Positions 1-13,752 of a stretch of DNA of 64,000 nt are shown here, piece after piece (positions within the stretch are counted from its first letter, which is position 1; every line of letters starts with the position of its first letter). The translations under genes and the position numbers were made by a program. The DNA comes from Octopus sinensis (lineage: Eukaryota), in contig NC_042999.1 in NCBI RefSeq assembly GCF_006345805.1, positions 36,146,001 through 36,210,000 of the forward strand. The letters are read 5' to 3'. The notes under the pieces were generated by a model. The model was not told the DNA's origin, did no database searches, and worked only from the letters and a program-made list of their open reading frames with translations.

Positions 1-452
1 TCCTTTCTCTATCACCCTCTCACTTGTTTCACTCTAGTTCTCTTATATTACCCTCACACTATGGTCCTCTTGTTCTCCTCTTGTAAGGGAAAGGAATGAG
101 TGAAGGAAGAGAGATGAATGGAGACAACACAGATAGAAAAGGTTTTATTTAGTCTTGCCAGGGGTGACATGGGGTAACCTCTCTGTTGCCTGTGAATGAA
201 CAGAGACATCACAGGACAGAAAGGACTCTTTAAGTCTTATGTGAGATAAAACAATTTCTCTAATGATGGTGCAACAATAAAATGCACTTAACAAGTTCTG
301 TAATGTGGTTGGGTACAGGACGAGCAACCAGCCATATAAACTATACCAAAAAGTGTAACATACAAACAAGATTTAGTCCTTGGCTCAGTTGGGACAGTAA
401 CTCTAAATGTGATCTGACTTGGTCGTAACGACCTATCCACCATATGCTAACA

Positions 453-846
453 GTGGAGGCGCAATGGCCCAGTGGTTAGGGCAGCGGATTCGCGGTCCTA
501 GGATCGTGGTTTCGATTCCCAGACCGGGCGTTGTGAGTGTTTATTGAGCGAAAACACCTAAAGCTCCACGAGGCTCCGGCAGGGGATGGTGGTGATCCCT
601 GCTGTACTCTTTCACCACAACTTTCTCTCACTCTTACTTCCTGTTTCTGCTGTACCTGTATTTCAAAGGGCTGGCCTTGTCACTCTCTGTGTCACGCTGA
701 ATATCCCCGAGAACTACGTTAAGGGTACACGTGTCTGTGGAGTGCTCAGCCACTTACACGTTAATTTCACGAGCAGGCTGTTCCGTTGATTCAGATCAAC
801 CGGAACCCTCGTCGTCGTAACCGATGGAGTGCTTCTATTCCATTCT
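453..846 (+). mobile_element. tRNA-derived SINE, family A (~390 bp), young copy with target-site duplication
   Basis: tRNA-like head with Pol III A box (TGGCCCAGTGGTTAG) and B box (GTTTCGATTCC); near-identical second copy at 5495-5866; flanked by ATATGCTAACA (442-452) and ATATGCTGACA (847-857). Confidence 0.9.
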
Positions 847-1930
847 ATATGCTGACATGGAAAGGTGGAAGTGAAACAATGACGGTAAATGTAAGTTAAC
901 TCAAAGTTAGATCCAGTAATGAAAAGTATTAAGAACAGACTTCATCCAACATCCGATGAATGAGCTGCTTGTCCTATTAGAAATAGCAACAAAGTCTCCC
1001 ATAAATCAAAGCCACCCACTTAGAAAAAAAGAAACATTGTGAATAATGTAGTCTTGGATAGATTATGTCTGTTAAAATGAGATGGATAGTTATAGCTTGA
1101 ACACTTTTGATAAAAGGTCGGCTTAATCATGGCTGACTTGGGCTAAACAACATCCATTGAAAAGAGGCCATTAATATAACTAGGTAATACAAACAGTTTA
1201 AATGAATGATAGTTCATAAAGGTATGTACAGAACTGAACCAGATATACAAACAAGAAATAAGATTAAAAAGGACATAAAAATATGCATTGAGTGATTACT
1301 AATTGGATCAATGAACATCAGTTTTATAATAACCCTTCTCAAAACTATGGACATTGTAAACCTTACAATGATTTCATAGAAAGATGATGTTAGAGATAAA
1401 TATCTCCATGCCAGCCACTTATCATAGAGGCTTAGAAGCAGGATTTGTAGCATATTTCTAAAGGATAATCCTATAGGCTGTGGGATTTTCACTGACATTA
1501 AATCAAACATAAGGCATGTAGTATACAGAGTGCCATGAAGTTGTGATGGAATCTTTAATTTGAAGAAATGTGGTTTGAGAAAAACGAAAAACAAATATCT
1601 GGAATTATAATCTATAGTGAAACAACTTTAGGAGTAACACGTGGTAGTTAAAACTTTGAGAAATATGATTGAGAAGTCCACCCAAGTGGGTTGTTTAAAT
1701 AGTTAACTTAGCAATACAAGGAGGTACATGAAAGAAAGAGGACAATTATTCAAGGGCAAGATTATTTGAATTTAAAAGCTAAACTACATCTAAGTTGAAA
1801 GATTATACGTGACAATGTAGCAATGATGATTTTAGTAACAATAAAATCGATGGTCATAGTTTTACAATGCTCACTGAACATTATACATGCATATATATAT
1901 ATATATATATAATATACACACACACACACA

Positions 1931-2216
1931 CAGTAATCCTTTGACTATTGCAGGTGTTATGTTCCAAAATCCCCTGCGTTAGGTGAAAATTTGCAAAATA
2001 GAAACAGTATTCATCATCATCGTCTTTAGCATCTGCTTTCCATGCTGGCATGGGTTGGACAGTTTGTCTGAGGGCTGGCAAGCCAGAAGGCTGTACCAGG
2101 CTCCAAACTTATTTTTATAATTTGTATATATCTACTTTATTACAAATGCAAAACAACACCACAGAGGAATCGATGTAAGCTTAAATAATAAACCGTGATA
2201 TGGTGAAGGATTACTG
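1931..2216. mobile_element. pogo/Tigger-type (Tc1/mariner superfamily) MITE, older copy with nested SINE-tail fragment
   Basis: Termini CAGTAATCCT...AGGATTACTG followed by TA; left end matches the reverse complement of the right end of the MITE at 47835-48058; interrupted at ~2012-2106 by a reverse-oriented family D tail (CATCATCATCGTC..CCATGCTGGCATGGGTTGG). Confidence 0.8.
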
Positions 2217-3263
2217 TATAATCATGCCATCTTTATCATAGGCTTTTCATGTCTATAACTACCAATGAGAAGACCTACTTTTTACAAAGAGTAGGGTGTA
2301 ATTTGAAGGAGAGTTGACTGCTATTTCTAACAGACTGATGCATTACAAAGAGGCTTCCCTATTGGCTCATTAGTTCTGGTGTTGATGTCAGAACTGACCA
2401 TGCCAATCTATATCTACATTGATTTGTAAAGGTACAATTGTACTGTGCAATGTGAAGCATGCATATTGGCATGTAAAATAATTTATTATACACTGAAATT
2501 ATTATTACACAATGAAGACTGCGAAATGGCTGTAATCCTGCAGATGTGAAGTAGTCAGATATATTCACCTCTCAAATCTCCTGATTTTTTTATGCTCTAT
2601 ATATTCCTCAGGAAATAATTCCATTGAATGAATCTCTTAGATTTCAGCTGCAGAGAACTCTGCATTACACTCCTCAGTATTGGATTACTATACAATGAAT
2701 CCATATACTGCACTACAAATTTATATATATATATATAATTGAAAAAAATTGGAGTCTACAAGACGGGGTATGGTAGGACATTTTTAATCACTACAATTGT
2801 TTCCATGCAATGTAGTTCTCCAGGTGTGCAGGTACTTCATTATGTAAGTGGTACCCTGTATTAAGAGATCTAGTTGTGTTTCCTCAGGCGATATGTAAAT
2901 ATTGTCTCCGTAAGTTTAAAATCCTTGATTTCAAGAACATCCTCTGTCTGTCTGTCATGGCCTGAATTTAGTAGTAGTCACTGAGCTTATCAGGGTGTAT
3001 TGTTGCTGAAGGGTCATTGGCAAACTGCTTTGAATGTATAGATGAGTGGGACGGTGATTCCGGTACTGTTAAAGTGGTTGCCATTTTAAAAGGATTGGCA
3101 TTTTTTCAATCATCTATTCACATACGACAAGTGTCCAAACACAAACCTAAAAGTACGTATAATACTATAACTGGATAGCACAGGGTAAACCAGAAGGTGG
3201 ATGAGCTTTATACTATATTGTACTACATTCTTAACAGAATATACCATAACTATATATATGTAC

Positions 3264-3342
<79 letters not shown>

Positions 3343-3353
3343 ATAATATATAT

Positions 3354-3390
<37 letters not shown>

Positions 3391-4893
3391 CATCGTTTAA
3401 TATCTTCCTTCTATGCTGGGATGGATTAGATGGTTTGACAAGAGCTGACCAAGCGGGAACCTGCGCCATGCTTCTGAGTCTGTTTTGGAATGGCTTTTAT
3501 GGCTGTAGGCCCTTCCTAACACCAGCCACTCCGTAGAATGGGCTGAGTGTTTTTTAAGTGGCACCTCTGTGTGTGTATGTATGTGTATTATAAATAAATA
3601 TATATATACATATATATATATATACACACACACACACATACACAGATACATATATATATGTACAACAGGTTTCTTTCAGTTTACATCTAATAAAATCCAC
3701 CCACAAGGTTTTGGTTGGGGCTATTACTAGAAGACTCTTGTCCAAGGCGCTGAACAGTGGGACTGAACCTAAGAGCGCATGGCTGAGAAGCACCTACATA
3801 TGCCTGCATTATAAAATAAGAAGATTTTTGTTTGCTAAAATGTGAAAATGTTACAAGCGAGAGAGGTACCAGCTGTCTCAGTTTAACCAGAATACTGAGA
3901 TTGATTATAACAATGAGGAACAAAGGCCTCAGATTCCCTTACCACACGAGGTGGTAACATTTTAAAGGGTCATAAAGCACCGAACTTCAATAAGAGATAA
4001 TGGAACTCTGAATTAATTATGATTTGCTGGGGTGTTTAAAACGTACATTAAAATACTATTTCAACAGTATTGATATGAATAAAGATGTAGATAAGTTATA
4101 TGTCAACACAGAGAGGCCAGGATAGGCTGCTGCAAGTAAATAGAGAATGAAAAATAAAAAAAAGATAACATTCCAAAGATAATTCAAATGTTTTACTCTA
4201 AGTTATATAGTGTGTGCTAGGTTAGGTTCACATGTACCCAAAACTTGCAGACAAACATCTTATGTTAACATAGGAAGCAAACTGACAATAAATCAGTTAA
4301 AATTCACTCATGGCATGGCACAATATTAAACCAGTATCACTTCATATTCCAACAAATGGACAAGAATTGATTAGATTCTTTGTCTTAATATATTTTAAAA
4401 ATAATAATAAATAAATGAATAAATAAATGGTACAAAAGCTAACAGAAGTAATTCTATTAAATGATAATATAAGAGCAAACAAAAATAGACTCAATAACAC
4501 AGTAATTATTGATATGAAGAGTTTTATAACAGAACACATATTGTTGACATGCAATCCCTAGATAAATCAAAGAGAGCTGATGCAGTCAGACAACAGGAGA
4601 AAGCTAAGCAATAGACTTGTCTCTTCCAAACAACTGATTCATATCCTGCAATCATTTAAGGATTCCATAAAATTCCACCTAGCCATTATTGGCCTCCTTC
4701 AGAACAGAAAACCAAACAGGAAAATAATCTATTAAATATATGGCTTTTTTTGGTAATAACTGTTTCTACGCTATAGGCACAAAGCCTGCAATTTTAGAGA
4801 ATGGAGTAAGTTAATTACATAGACCCCGGTTCTCAACTGGTGCATATTTTTATTAACCCTGAAAAAAAAAAAAAAGTGATGGGCGTAAAGATA

Positions 4894-5295
4894 GGCGTAG
4901 GAGTGGGTGTGTGGTAAGTAGCTTGTTTACCAACCACATGGTTCCGGGTTCAGTCCCACTGCGTGGCACCTTGGGCAAGTGTCTTCTACTATAGCCTCGG
5001 GCCGACCAAAGCCTTGTGAGTGGATTTGGTAGACGGAAACTGAAAGAAGCCCGTCATATATATGTATATATATATATGCATGTGTGTGTTTGTGTGTCTG
5101 TGTTTGTCTCCCTAGCATTGCTTGACAACCGATGCTGGTGTGTTTATGTCCCCGTTACTTAGCGGTTTGGCAAAAGGGGCCGATAGAATAAGTACTGGGC
5201 TTACAAAAGAATAAGTCCCGGGGTCGAGTTGCTCGATTAAAGGCGGTGCTCCAGCATGGCCGCAGTCAAATGACTGAAACAAGTAAAAGAGTAAA
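4894..5295 (+). mobile_element. tRNA-derived SINE, family B (~400 bp, internal microsatellite, AAAAGAGT-type tail)
   Basis: Head GGCGTAGGAGTGG..GTGTGGTAAG..GGTTCAGTCCC (A/B-box-like); colinear full-length copies at 31937-32330 (-), 42174-42589 (+), 45605-46045 (+) and many fragments. Confidence 0.9.
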
Positions 5296-5494
5296 GCTGA
5301 TCTCAATGGGATTTGAACTCAGAACATAAAGAACTGAAAGACATGCCACTAAGCATTTTGTATGGCGCACCAATGACTCTGCCAGCTTGCTACCTTGTAA
5401 AGGGTAATAAAAATTACTGCCACTACTGTGCCACAGCCACCACCATTACCATCATCATCATTATCATAATAATATCTGCTTTACCATGCTTGTA

Positions 5495-5866
5495 GTGGAG
5501 GCGCAATGGCCCAGTGGTTAGGGCAGCGGACTCGCGGTTTCGATTCCCAGGCCGGGTGTTGTGAGTGTTTATTGAGCGAAAACACCTAAAGCTCCACGCG
5601 ACTCCGGCAGGGATGGTGGTGATCCCTGCTGAACTCTTTCACCACAACTTTCTCTCACTCTTACTTCCTGTTTCTGTTGTACCTGTATTTCAAAGGGCTG
5701 GCCTTGTCACTCTCTGTGTCATGCTGAATCTCCCTAAGAACTACGTGAAGGGTACACATGTCTGTGGAGTGCTCAGCCACTTACACGTTAATTTCACGAG
5801 CAGGCTGTTCCGTTGATCGGATCAACCGGAACCCTCATCGTCGTAACCGACGGAGTGCTTCCATCC
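5495..5866 (+). mobile_element. tRNA-derived SINE, family A, young copy with perfect 12-bp TSD
   Basis: Colinear with 453-846 (short deletion in the head); ACCATGCTTGTA at both 5483-5494 and 5867-5878. Confidence 0.92.
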
Positions 5867-7240
5867 ACCATGCTTGTATAGGTCAGACATGATTCACTGA
5901 GACAGGTTTTCTACAACCAGCTGCTCTTCGTCTTTCCAGGCACGGTAATATCCCCCCCCCCTCTGTCCAAACATGTTTTCAAAGAAGATTGAAAATAAAC
6001 GTCACCACTTGTATGAAGGATGAAGTTCGTTTACATTTAGCATGTGATGCCAAACCAAGGAGACATGCACCTTCTCTCTCTCTCACATATGCACACACAT
6101 ATATGTGAATATTCCTATGTATGCATCTATCCACACACACACACACATACATACATACATACATACAAACAATGGGCTTATTTCAGCTTCCACCTACCAT
6201 ATCTACTCACAAGGCTCTGGTCAATCCAGGACTATAGTTAGAAGACACTTGCCCAAGATGTCATGCAGTAGGACTGAACCCAAAACCCCTTATTTGAAGC
6301 CTGTGTCTTTTCCTATTTTGCCAGTAACCTTGAGAAAGGCATGAATGTCACACAATTTCATCGTCTTCTCTTCTACTGAGATATTTTGCATAGCAGTAGG
6401 ATTTTTTTTTTTTTTTGACATCCTCATTTTACATTCTGAGTTCAAACACCATCAAGGTGAACTCTACCATTCATCCTTCCAGAAGCAATGAAAATGTACC
6501 ATTTCTGGGTGGTGCACTGACAAGACTGTAAGAACATCAGATCAGATGCTTGATGGTATTTTCCCAGTGTTCCAAGTTCAAATCCCACCACAGCCTACTT
6601 CAGTGGAAGGAGTTAATCTTGCCTGAATTTGCACCATCTTTGGACACCTCAAGTACCTTGAACAAAGCCCTCTCTGTTGCAAGCATTTGCACCAGGTCTC
6701 CAGTTTGGGGACACAGTTCTCTCTGTATGGTGGTCTTTCTCACTCTCTTTCACTCTTTCCTTCTCATTCCCTCTATCCCCCTATTCTAGAGGCTCTGTAA
6801 AGAGTCAGGGCACTGCTTTTCCTCTGACTAAAACAAAAAAAGAACTATTAAACAAAAGTTGTTAATCAAATGGAAGTGTGGCTGTGTGGTTAACAAACTT
6901 GCTTCCCAACCATGTGGTTTTGAGTTCAGTCCCATTGTATAGCTCTGGGCTGATCAAAGCCTTGTGAATGGATTTGATAAATGGAAACTGAAAGAAGCCT
7001 GTTGTGTGTGTGTGTGTGTGTGTGTGCGTGTGTGTACACATGAGGATTGTAAATCAGCATCACTGTCATACAAATGTTGTTGCTTGTTTCCAGTCATCCA
7101 TGAAAACATGCCTGACCATAGGGAAATACCTTGTTTGAAAACAGGTGAGGGTAGCAACAGGAAAGGGATCCAGCCATGGAAAAAAAAGTATCTCAACAAA
7201 TTTCTTTTGACCTAAGTAAGCATGGAAGAAAAGGCATTAA

Positions 7241-7449
7241 CCCATTAAAATATCCAGCCAAAATGTTCTACCTGTTTTATGCTCAAACCAACTAGATCTG
7301 GTCTGGCACACCTACCCTACAATGTCATTCTAAAAAGCAAAGAATCAAATCATCAAAATTTCAAGGTTACAAGACAATGCATGTTTAATTCAAGACAATG
7401 TGAATAAATAAGGCATTATATTTGACAGAATAATCTGATAGCTAAAGGG
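7241..7449. mobile_element. TTAA-flanked piggyBac-type MITE, family 2 (~210-220 bp)
   Basis: TTAA|CCCATTA ... TAAAGGG|TTAA; internal sequence shared with 7537-7753, 9438-9656, 34342-34560 and 37136-37334. TTAA targets with CCC/GGG termini are established piggyBac hallmarks. Confidence 0.8.
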
Positions 7450-7536
7450 TTAAATGATGATGCTATTGAAGCTGGATGATAGGCAGAATCAGTAGAGAAC
7501 AACAGGCAAAAAATCTACTATAGCATCTTTCCATAA

Positions 7537-7753
7537 CCTTTTAGTATGCAAACCAGCCATATCCGGCCAAAATATTTAGCTTGTTTTATGTTGAAGCTGG
7601 TTAGATCCAGCTTCTCACCTCAATCCGACAATGTCTTTCTAAAACTAAACAATCACATCATTGAAGTCTCAAAGCTATGAGATAATGTATGATTTAATTC
7701 TAAACAATATAAATAAATATTATATTTGACAGAGTAATCTGAAGACTAAAGGG
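7537..7753. mobile_element. TTAA-flanked MITE, family 2
   Basis: Degenerate left end (ATAACCTTTTAG), intact right end CTAAAGGG|TTAA, same internal sequence as 9438-9656. Confidence 0.75.
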
Positions 7754-8507
7754 TTAAAATGTGTGCCTAGGTTAGAAATCATTATGAACCAGACTATTAT
7801 TATTAAACTCATCTTCAATGCTCGTGTTTTTTATTCACATGATGTTTCCATCACTCAGTTAAATGTCCAATTGTTTTCTAGCATATTTCTGCTGCTTAGC
7901 TATTTTTTTTTTTTTTCTATAATACATTCACAGCTAACAACCAGTGCTGGCACTCATCAAACCTCTCATGGATTATTTATTTATTTCTCGGTTTTGTAAC
8001 AAATTTTCCGAAACATAAAAGTTTTTGTCAGCCATACAATTCCTCTCCCTCTACATAAAAATTTTGTTCGTTTGCAGATCAAATTAAAGTGTCTTAAAAG
8101 CCACTCTAATGGAAATAATAAAAAAATAAATAGATGAAAAAAAAAAAAAAAAGCAGTTATCTGGTTTTAAGTTATAATTTGGTAAAATTAAAAACAATGA
8201 ATGCATTTAAATTCATAAATTATAAGATCTGGACAATAAAATAAAAAGCAAAAAAATAAAAAAAAATAAAACAAAATAGAGAATTCATTCTTCAACATAA
8301 CATTTGGCAACCATTTTTACATGCAGTTGAAAAATTTTGAAGCAAATATTGATAATACATGTTTATTCCGTTTATAAAAGCAAGAGATGATAAGGTCTAG
8401 CCAGAAGCACTGGACAAAATAATTGATTATCTAATGCACACAAGTATAATGTTTCTAGCCTTAGCCTTCGCACTATAGATTACAAATATATATATACATA
8501 CATACAT

Positions 8508-8555
<48 letters not shown>

Positions 8556-8667
8556 CACACATATAATCACATATAAACACACACACAGGGAATATATATT
8601 TCTATTAACATTGATACAACACCACTGAATTGCAATAACAATTGAGCTAAATGCACAAAAAGACTAT

Positions 8668-8736
<69 letters not shown>

Positions 8737-8760
8737 AAGAGAGTGATGTAGTAACAATAC

Positions 8761-8775
8761 CTTCCTGGTTGATTG
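8761..8775 (-). CDS. Candidate 15-nt microexon of an unidentified minus-strand gene (AINQE in the joined frame)
   Basis: Minus strand reads ctgcatgtgtgtttaatgtttccag|CAATCAACCAGGAAG|gtattg; canonical AG/GT, length a multiple of 3, no stop in any frame. No transcript evidence available. Confidence 0.55.
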
Positions 8776-9437
8776 CTGGAAACATTAAACACACATGCAG
8801 TCTGTATTGCTCCCACCACCACTACCATCATCACCACTCTCTTGTATTATCTACAAAGCATTTTTAGCACAAATCCCACACTTATTCCAATAATAACACG
8901 GATATGCTATTATAAAGAATATATCTACTAAACATTCTTAAGTAGCTTAGATAGTTCCTTGATTAAATTAACAAATTTCTGACACAAGTTTGGATTATTT
9001 ATAAATAATAATTGTTATTATTTCTTGCAATGGCAATAATAGAATGGCCGTTATCATATATAGCAATAACTGTTTCAAATTTTTGCACAAGGCCAGTAAT
9101 TGTGTGCATGTGATTACATGAACCCCAGTACTTGACTTTGCCAATACTCCAAAAGGATGAAAGGCAAAGTTGACTGCAGCAGGATTTGAGCTTAGCATGC
9201 ATGTCACATATAATGGTTTCTGAATTTAGGCAAAAGGATAGGATTTTTTAGAGAAGGATTAGTTGATACCATTGATCCCAGTACTTGGCTAGTAGTTTAT
9301 TTTATCAACCCTGGAGGTTGGGATGACCTCAGTGGGATTTGAACTCAGATTGTATATAGACAGTAGAAATACCACAAAGCATTTTTTCCAGTACTATAAA
9401 TATTCTGTTAGCTAGCTACCTTCAACATATACTTTAA

Positions 9438-9656
9438 CCCTTTAGTATGTAAACTGGCCATATCCGGCCAAAATATTTAATCTGTTTTATGCTCAAACTG
9501 ACCAGATCCAGGCTCTCATACCTACCCAACAATGTTATTCTACATTAAGTAATTACACCATCAACATCTTGAAGATATGAGATAATGCATGATTAATTCA
9601 AATCAATGGGAATCAATAAGCATTATGTTTGATAGAATAATCTGAACACTAAAGGG
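9438..9656. mobile_element. TTAA-flanked MITE, family 2
   Basis: TTAA|CCCTTTAG ... CTAAAGGG|TTAA, perfect 8-bp terminal inverted repeat; highly similar to 34342-34560. Confidence 0.88.
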
Positions 9657-11416
9657 TTAAGCACAAAGCCAACAATTTTGAGGGAAAAGAGGGATAATCA
9701 GTTACATCAGTGCCAGGACTTGACTGGATCTTTATATTAACCCTGAAAGGATGAAATTCAAAGCTGACTTTAGCAGGATTTGAACTCAGAATGTAAAGAA
9801 CCATAATTAAATATTGCAACGCATTTTGTTTGATGCTCTAACACTTCTGCCATTCCACACAATGCAGCAACAACAATCTTCATAAGTTATAAAAATACTC
9901 TGAGTTTTAAAATCAATGACAGATTTCTAAAACATATATTTAATTAATGCTCAAAAACACCCAAGAACCAGATGTAGACTCTATAATAGGTTAATAAGAA
10001 TTCAGAAGTTAGTGGACAATCTTCCACTAACTAGTGCATGGGATCATACAAGGCAGTAGCAGCTAATTACTTTTTACCATATAAATTGAAATGAAATATA
10101 TTAAGTAACCATGGTACTTTTAGAATCTCGTGTGCCAAATCATCATCAGTGAAAGTGTTGTCATTTTACAGACACTCTCTTACATGCCAGCATGTATTGG
10201 ATTGGTTTTCTGAGATGGTGTTTAATGGCCAGATGCCCTTCTTGTTAGCAACCCTTTTAGCCACCCTTGCAACATACCTATTCCAGAGCCAAGATATGCA
10301 CAATACTTTTACAGTATCAATGACTGCAATGCAATTCTCTGAAAAGTGATTCACCGGGAAGTTGACAATAATCATTCTTGAAAGTTAGATTCTAGTCAAG
10401 AATTTTATCTGCAAGCCTCCATGCTTGAAGAGTTGGAAAAAATGCCACATCTCAAATCACTAGTGTTTGCATAACAATGTGTTTAATCACATTTTTGTAC
10501 ATTTGGTTGTCTGTTGTTTCTGAAGCAGCATGGCTTGGATGAGGATTGATTTTTAGACAGAATTTTACAGCAAGATGCTCTTCCTGATGTCACTTCTAAT
10601 CAGTTTATCAGTTAAAAAGATTTATATATTCCACAGGTCTTTGAAAGTGCAGAGCAACTGGTTACAATGTCAAGATCAGCACTGCTCCACTCAAACATTG
10701 ACAAGTGAAATATCAACATTCACACACACACATACAGGTGCAGACACACACACACACACACACACACATTTTACCTTGCCACAGCAAGACAAATACCTTA
10801 ATACTTCATGCAAAGGCTCTGATAAAGCTACATGATGTCACGTTGACATTTAACTTTGGGTGCACAGTTCCATAGAGTCCTAACAACGTTAGGCTAATGA
10901 AGGTGATAACATAACTCAATCTTTTATCATTCATTTATGTATAAACCATTACCATTTAATGTCCATTTTCAATGCTAGCATGGGTTAGACAATTTGATAG
11001 GACCCTGGTAAGCTGCAGGGCTGCATTGAGCTCCAGTATCAACTTTGGTATGGTTTGTCCAGCTAGAAGCCCTTCCTAATGCCAACCACTTTACAATGTT
11101 TGGAGTGCTATTTTTGTACCACCAGCACTAATAAGATTACAAGGTAACTTGCAAGACAAAAAAAAACAAGGAAAGGAAAAAATCCTTTTAAGTCAAAATC
11201 CTTTTAAGTAAGTCAAAGGCTGGGAGGTGGGGTACTGAGGTGGAGTGGGGGAGATGGTTGCAAGCCAGGTGTTGAGAGGTTAAAAATATGACAAGAGTCC
11301 AGGTATCTTGCTATAAAGGAGATACATGACTACCCTGTATTATATAGGGGTGGGAGTATCTGGAATTAAGGTAGAGATGATGGTGAGTAGAGCATCTCTA
11401 GATACAAGAAGGTAAA

Positions 11417-11494
<78 letters not shown>

Positions 11495-12105
11495 CACACA
11501 CACACAACACACACAGATGAAGGGCTTCATGTAGTTTCCAGCTACTGAATCCATTCAAAAAGCAATAAAATAACATAATCATTGTGCTGGCATGCTTGAT
11601 GAAATTGTCTTGCAATTGGTGCTGGATTCAAAGACAATTGTAAACTTTGTGACAGAAGTAAAATTAAAGTTAACTATTTTTGTTGTGAAAGAGTTTAATG
11701 AAAGAGAATTGGAAACCATCAAACTGCACTGAACTACAGGTATCTTAATCACATCAAAGAAACAGTAGACTCATAGAGAGTGTGTGTGTAAATAAAACAC
11801 TCGGATTGTATTTAATTGTAAACAACTTAATTAAGTGAACAATCACAACAATGCGACTATAAAAATATATAAAATATAAATAAAAATAAATATATTGAAC
11901 TGTATACATCATGCTTTGGTGTACAACAAATGCAGATTTATATCGTATATATTGTTATACTTCACTCAACTTTATTAGGTGAACATTTACATCCAAGTTA
12001 CGGCAGATTTATTATATAGCAAATGAATACAAGGAACTGACAAGTTGCATTTAAGTATAGGCATCTTAATGAAATGAGCAGTTACATCAAAGTAACACTC
12101 ACACA

Positions 12106-12152
<47 letters not shown>

Positions 12153-12528
12153 CACACACTCACAGAGGCACTCTATCAGTTGCAATAACAAGGGTTCCAG
12201 CTGATCTGATCAAGAGAACAGCCTGCTCATGAAATTAATGTGTAAGTGGCTGAGCACTCCACAGACATGTGTACACTAAACATAGTTCTCAGAGAGATTC
12301 AGCATGACACAGAATGTGTCAGAACCAAGTTGTACAGGTACAACTCAGTTTTTTTCAGCTGAGCGGACTGGAGCAGCATAAAATAAAGTGTCTCGCACAA
12401 GGACAAACTGTGCCACCAGAAATCAAATACCCTAACCACTAAGCCATACTTCATCATATATCCTTCAGCCAGGTAACCACACACGTGCTGTTCAGGATAT
12501 TTTTCATTTTCTCGACTTTCCATTTTCC

Positions 12529-12562
12529 TTTCTGATGAAGAGCTATGCTTAAAATGTCAAAA
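12529..12562 (+). ncRNA. Decayed minimal type I hammerhead ribozyme motif in a Penelope-like terminal repeat
   Basis: TTT-CTGATGA-A-GAGC-TAT-GCTT-AAAAT-GTC-AAA; intact CUGAUGA and GUC, but GCTCGAAAC reads GCTTAAAAT (changes fall at CpG sites); flanks are homologous to the repeat around 49290-49470. Confidence 0.5.
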
Positions 12563-12669
12563 ACCTTCTCCTTTTCCCACCTTTACCGAGCACCCAAACT
12601 AATACGTTCCACATGCACATCCACTTGTCTTGTTATTGTTATTTTTAATGTTTGATTATTTGATTTCAC

Positions 12670-13548
<879 letters not shown>

Positions 13549-13732
13549 ATAAATATATAGAGAGCAGGCATGGCCTTGTAGTTAAGAAGTTTGCTTCCCA
13601 ACCACATAGTCATTAATGGCAAGTATATTTAAGTACAAGAAGTAACATATGAGACATTAATGAAAATTCGAGTCAGCTATTTAGACACCCTTCAATTGTT
13701 CTAAATTCATGACCCTCTGACAAAAGACTTAC

Positions 13733-13752
13733 CAGCACAGTGCTCGCAAACT
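13733..13752 (-). CDS. Candidate 20-nt microexon of the unidentified minus-strand gene (VCEHCA in the joined frame)
   Basis: Minus strand reads atatgtctgctaatgtttcag|AGTTTGCGAGCACTGTGCTG|gtaagt; branch-like CTAAT, CAG acceptor, consensus GTAAGT donor, open in all frames. Confidence 0.6.

Noticed and set aside
453-530. tRNA-like sequences at SINE heads (also 4894, 30172, 42174, 43111)
   Set aside because: They have A/B boxes but no complete cloverleaf and continue into SINE bodies.
2568-2634. Possible exon IHSMELFPEEYIEHKKIRRFE ending GAG|gtgaat
   Set aside because: The better acceptor (ctctgcag) gives stops in all frames, and the in-frame acceptor lacks a pyrimidine tract.
6586-6829. Minus-strand segment after a good acceptor (ttttttgttttag|TCAGAGG)
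   Set aside because: All three frames hit stops within ~55 nt and no strong GT donor follows; it may be non-coding.
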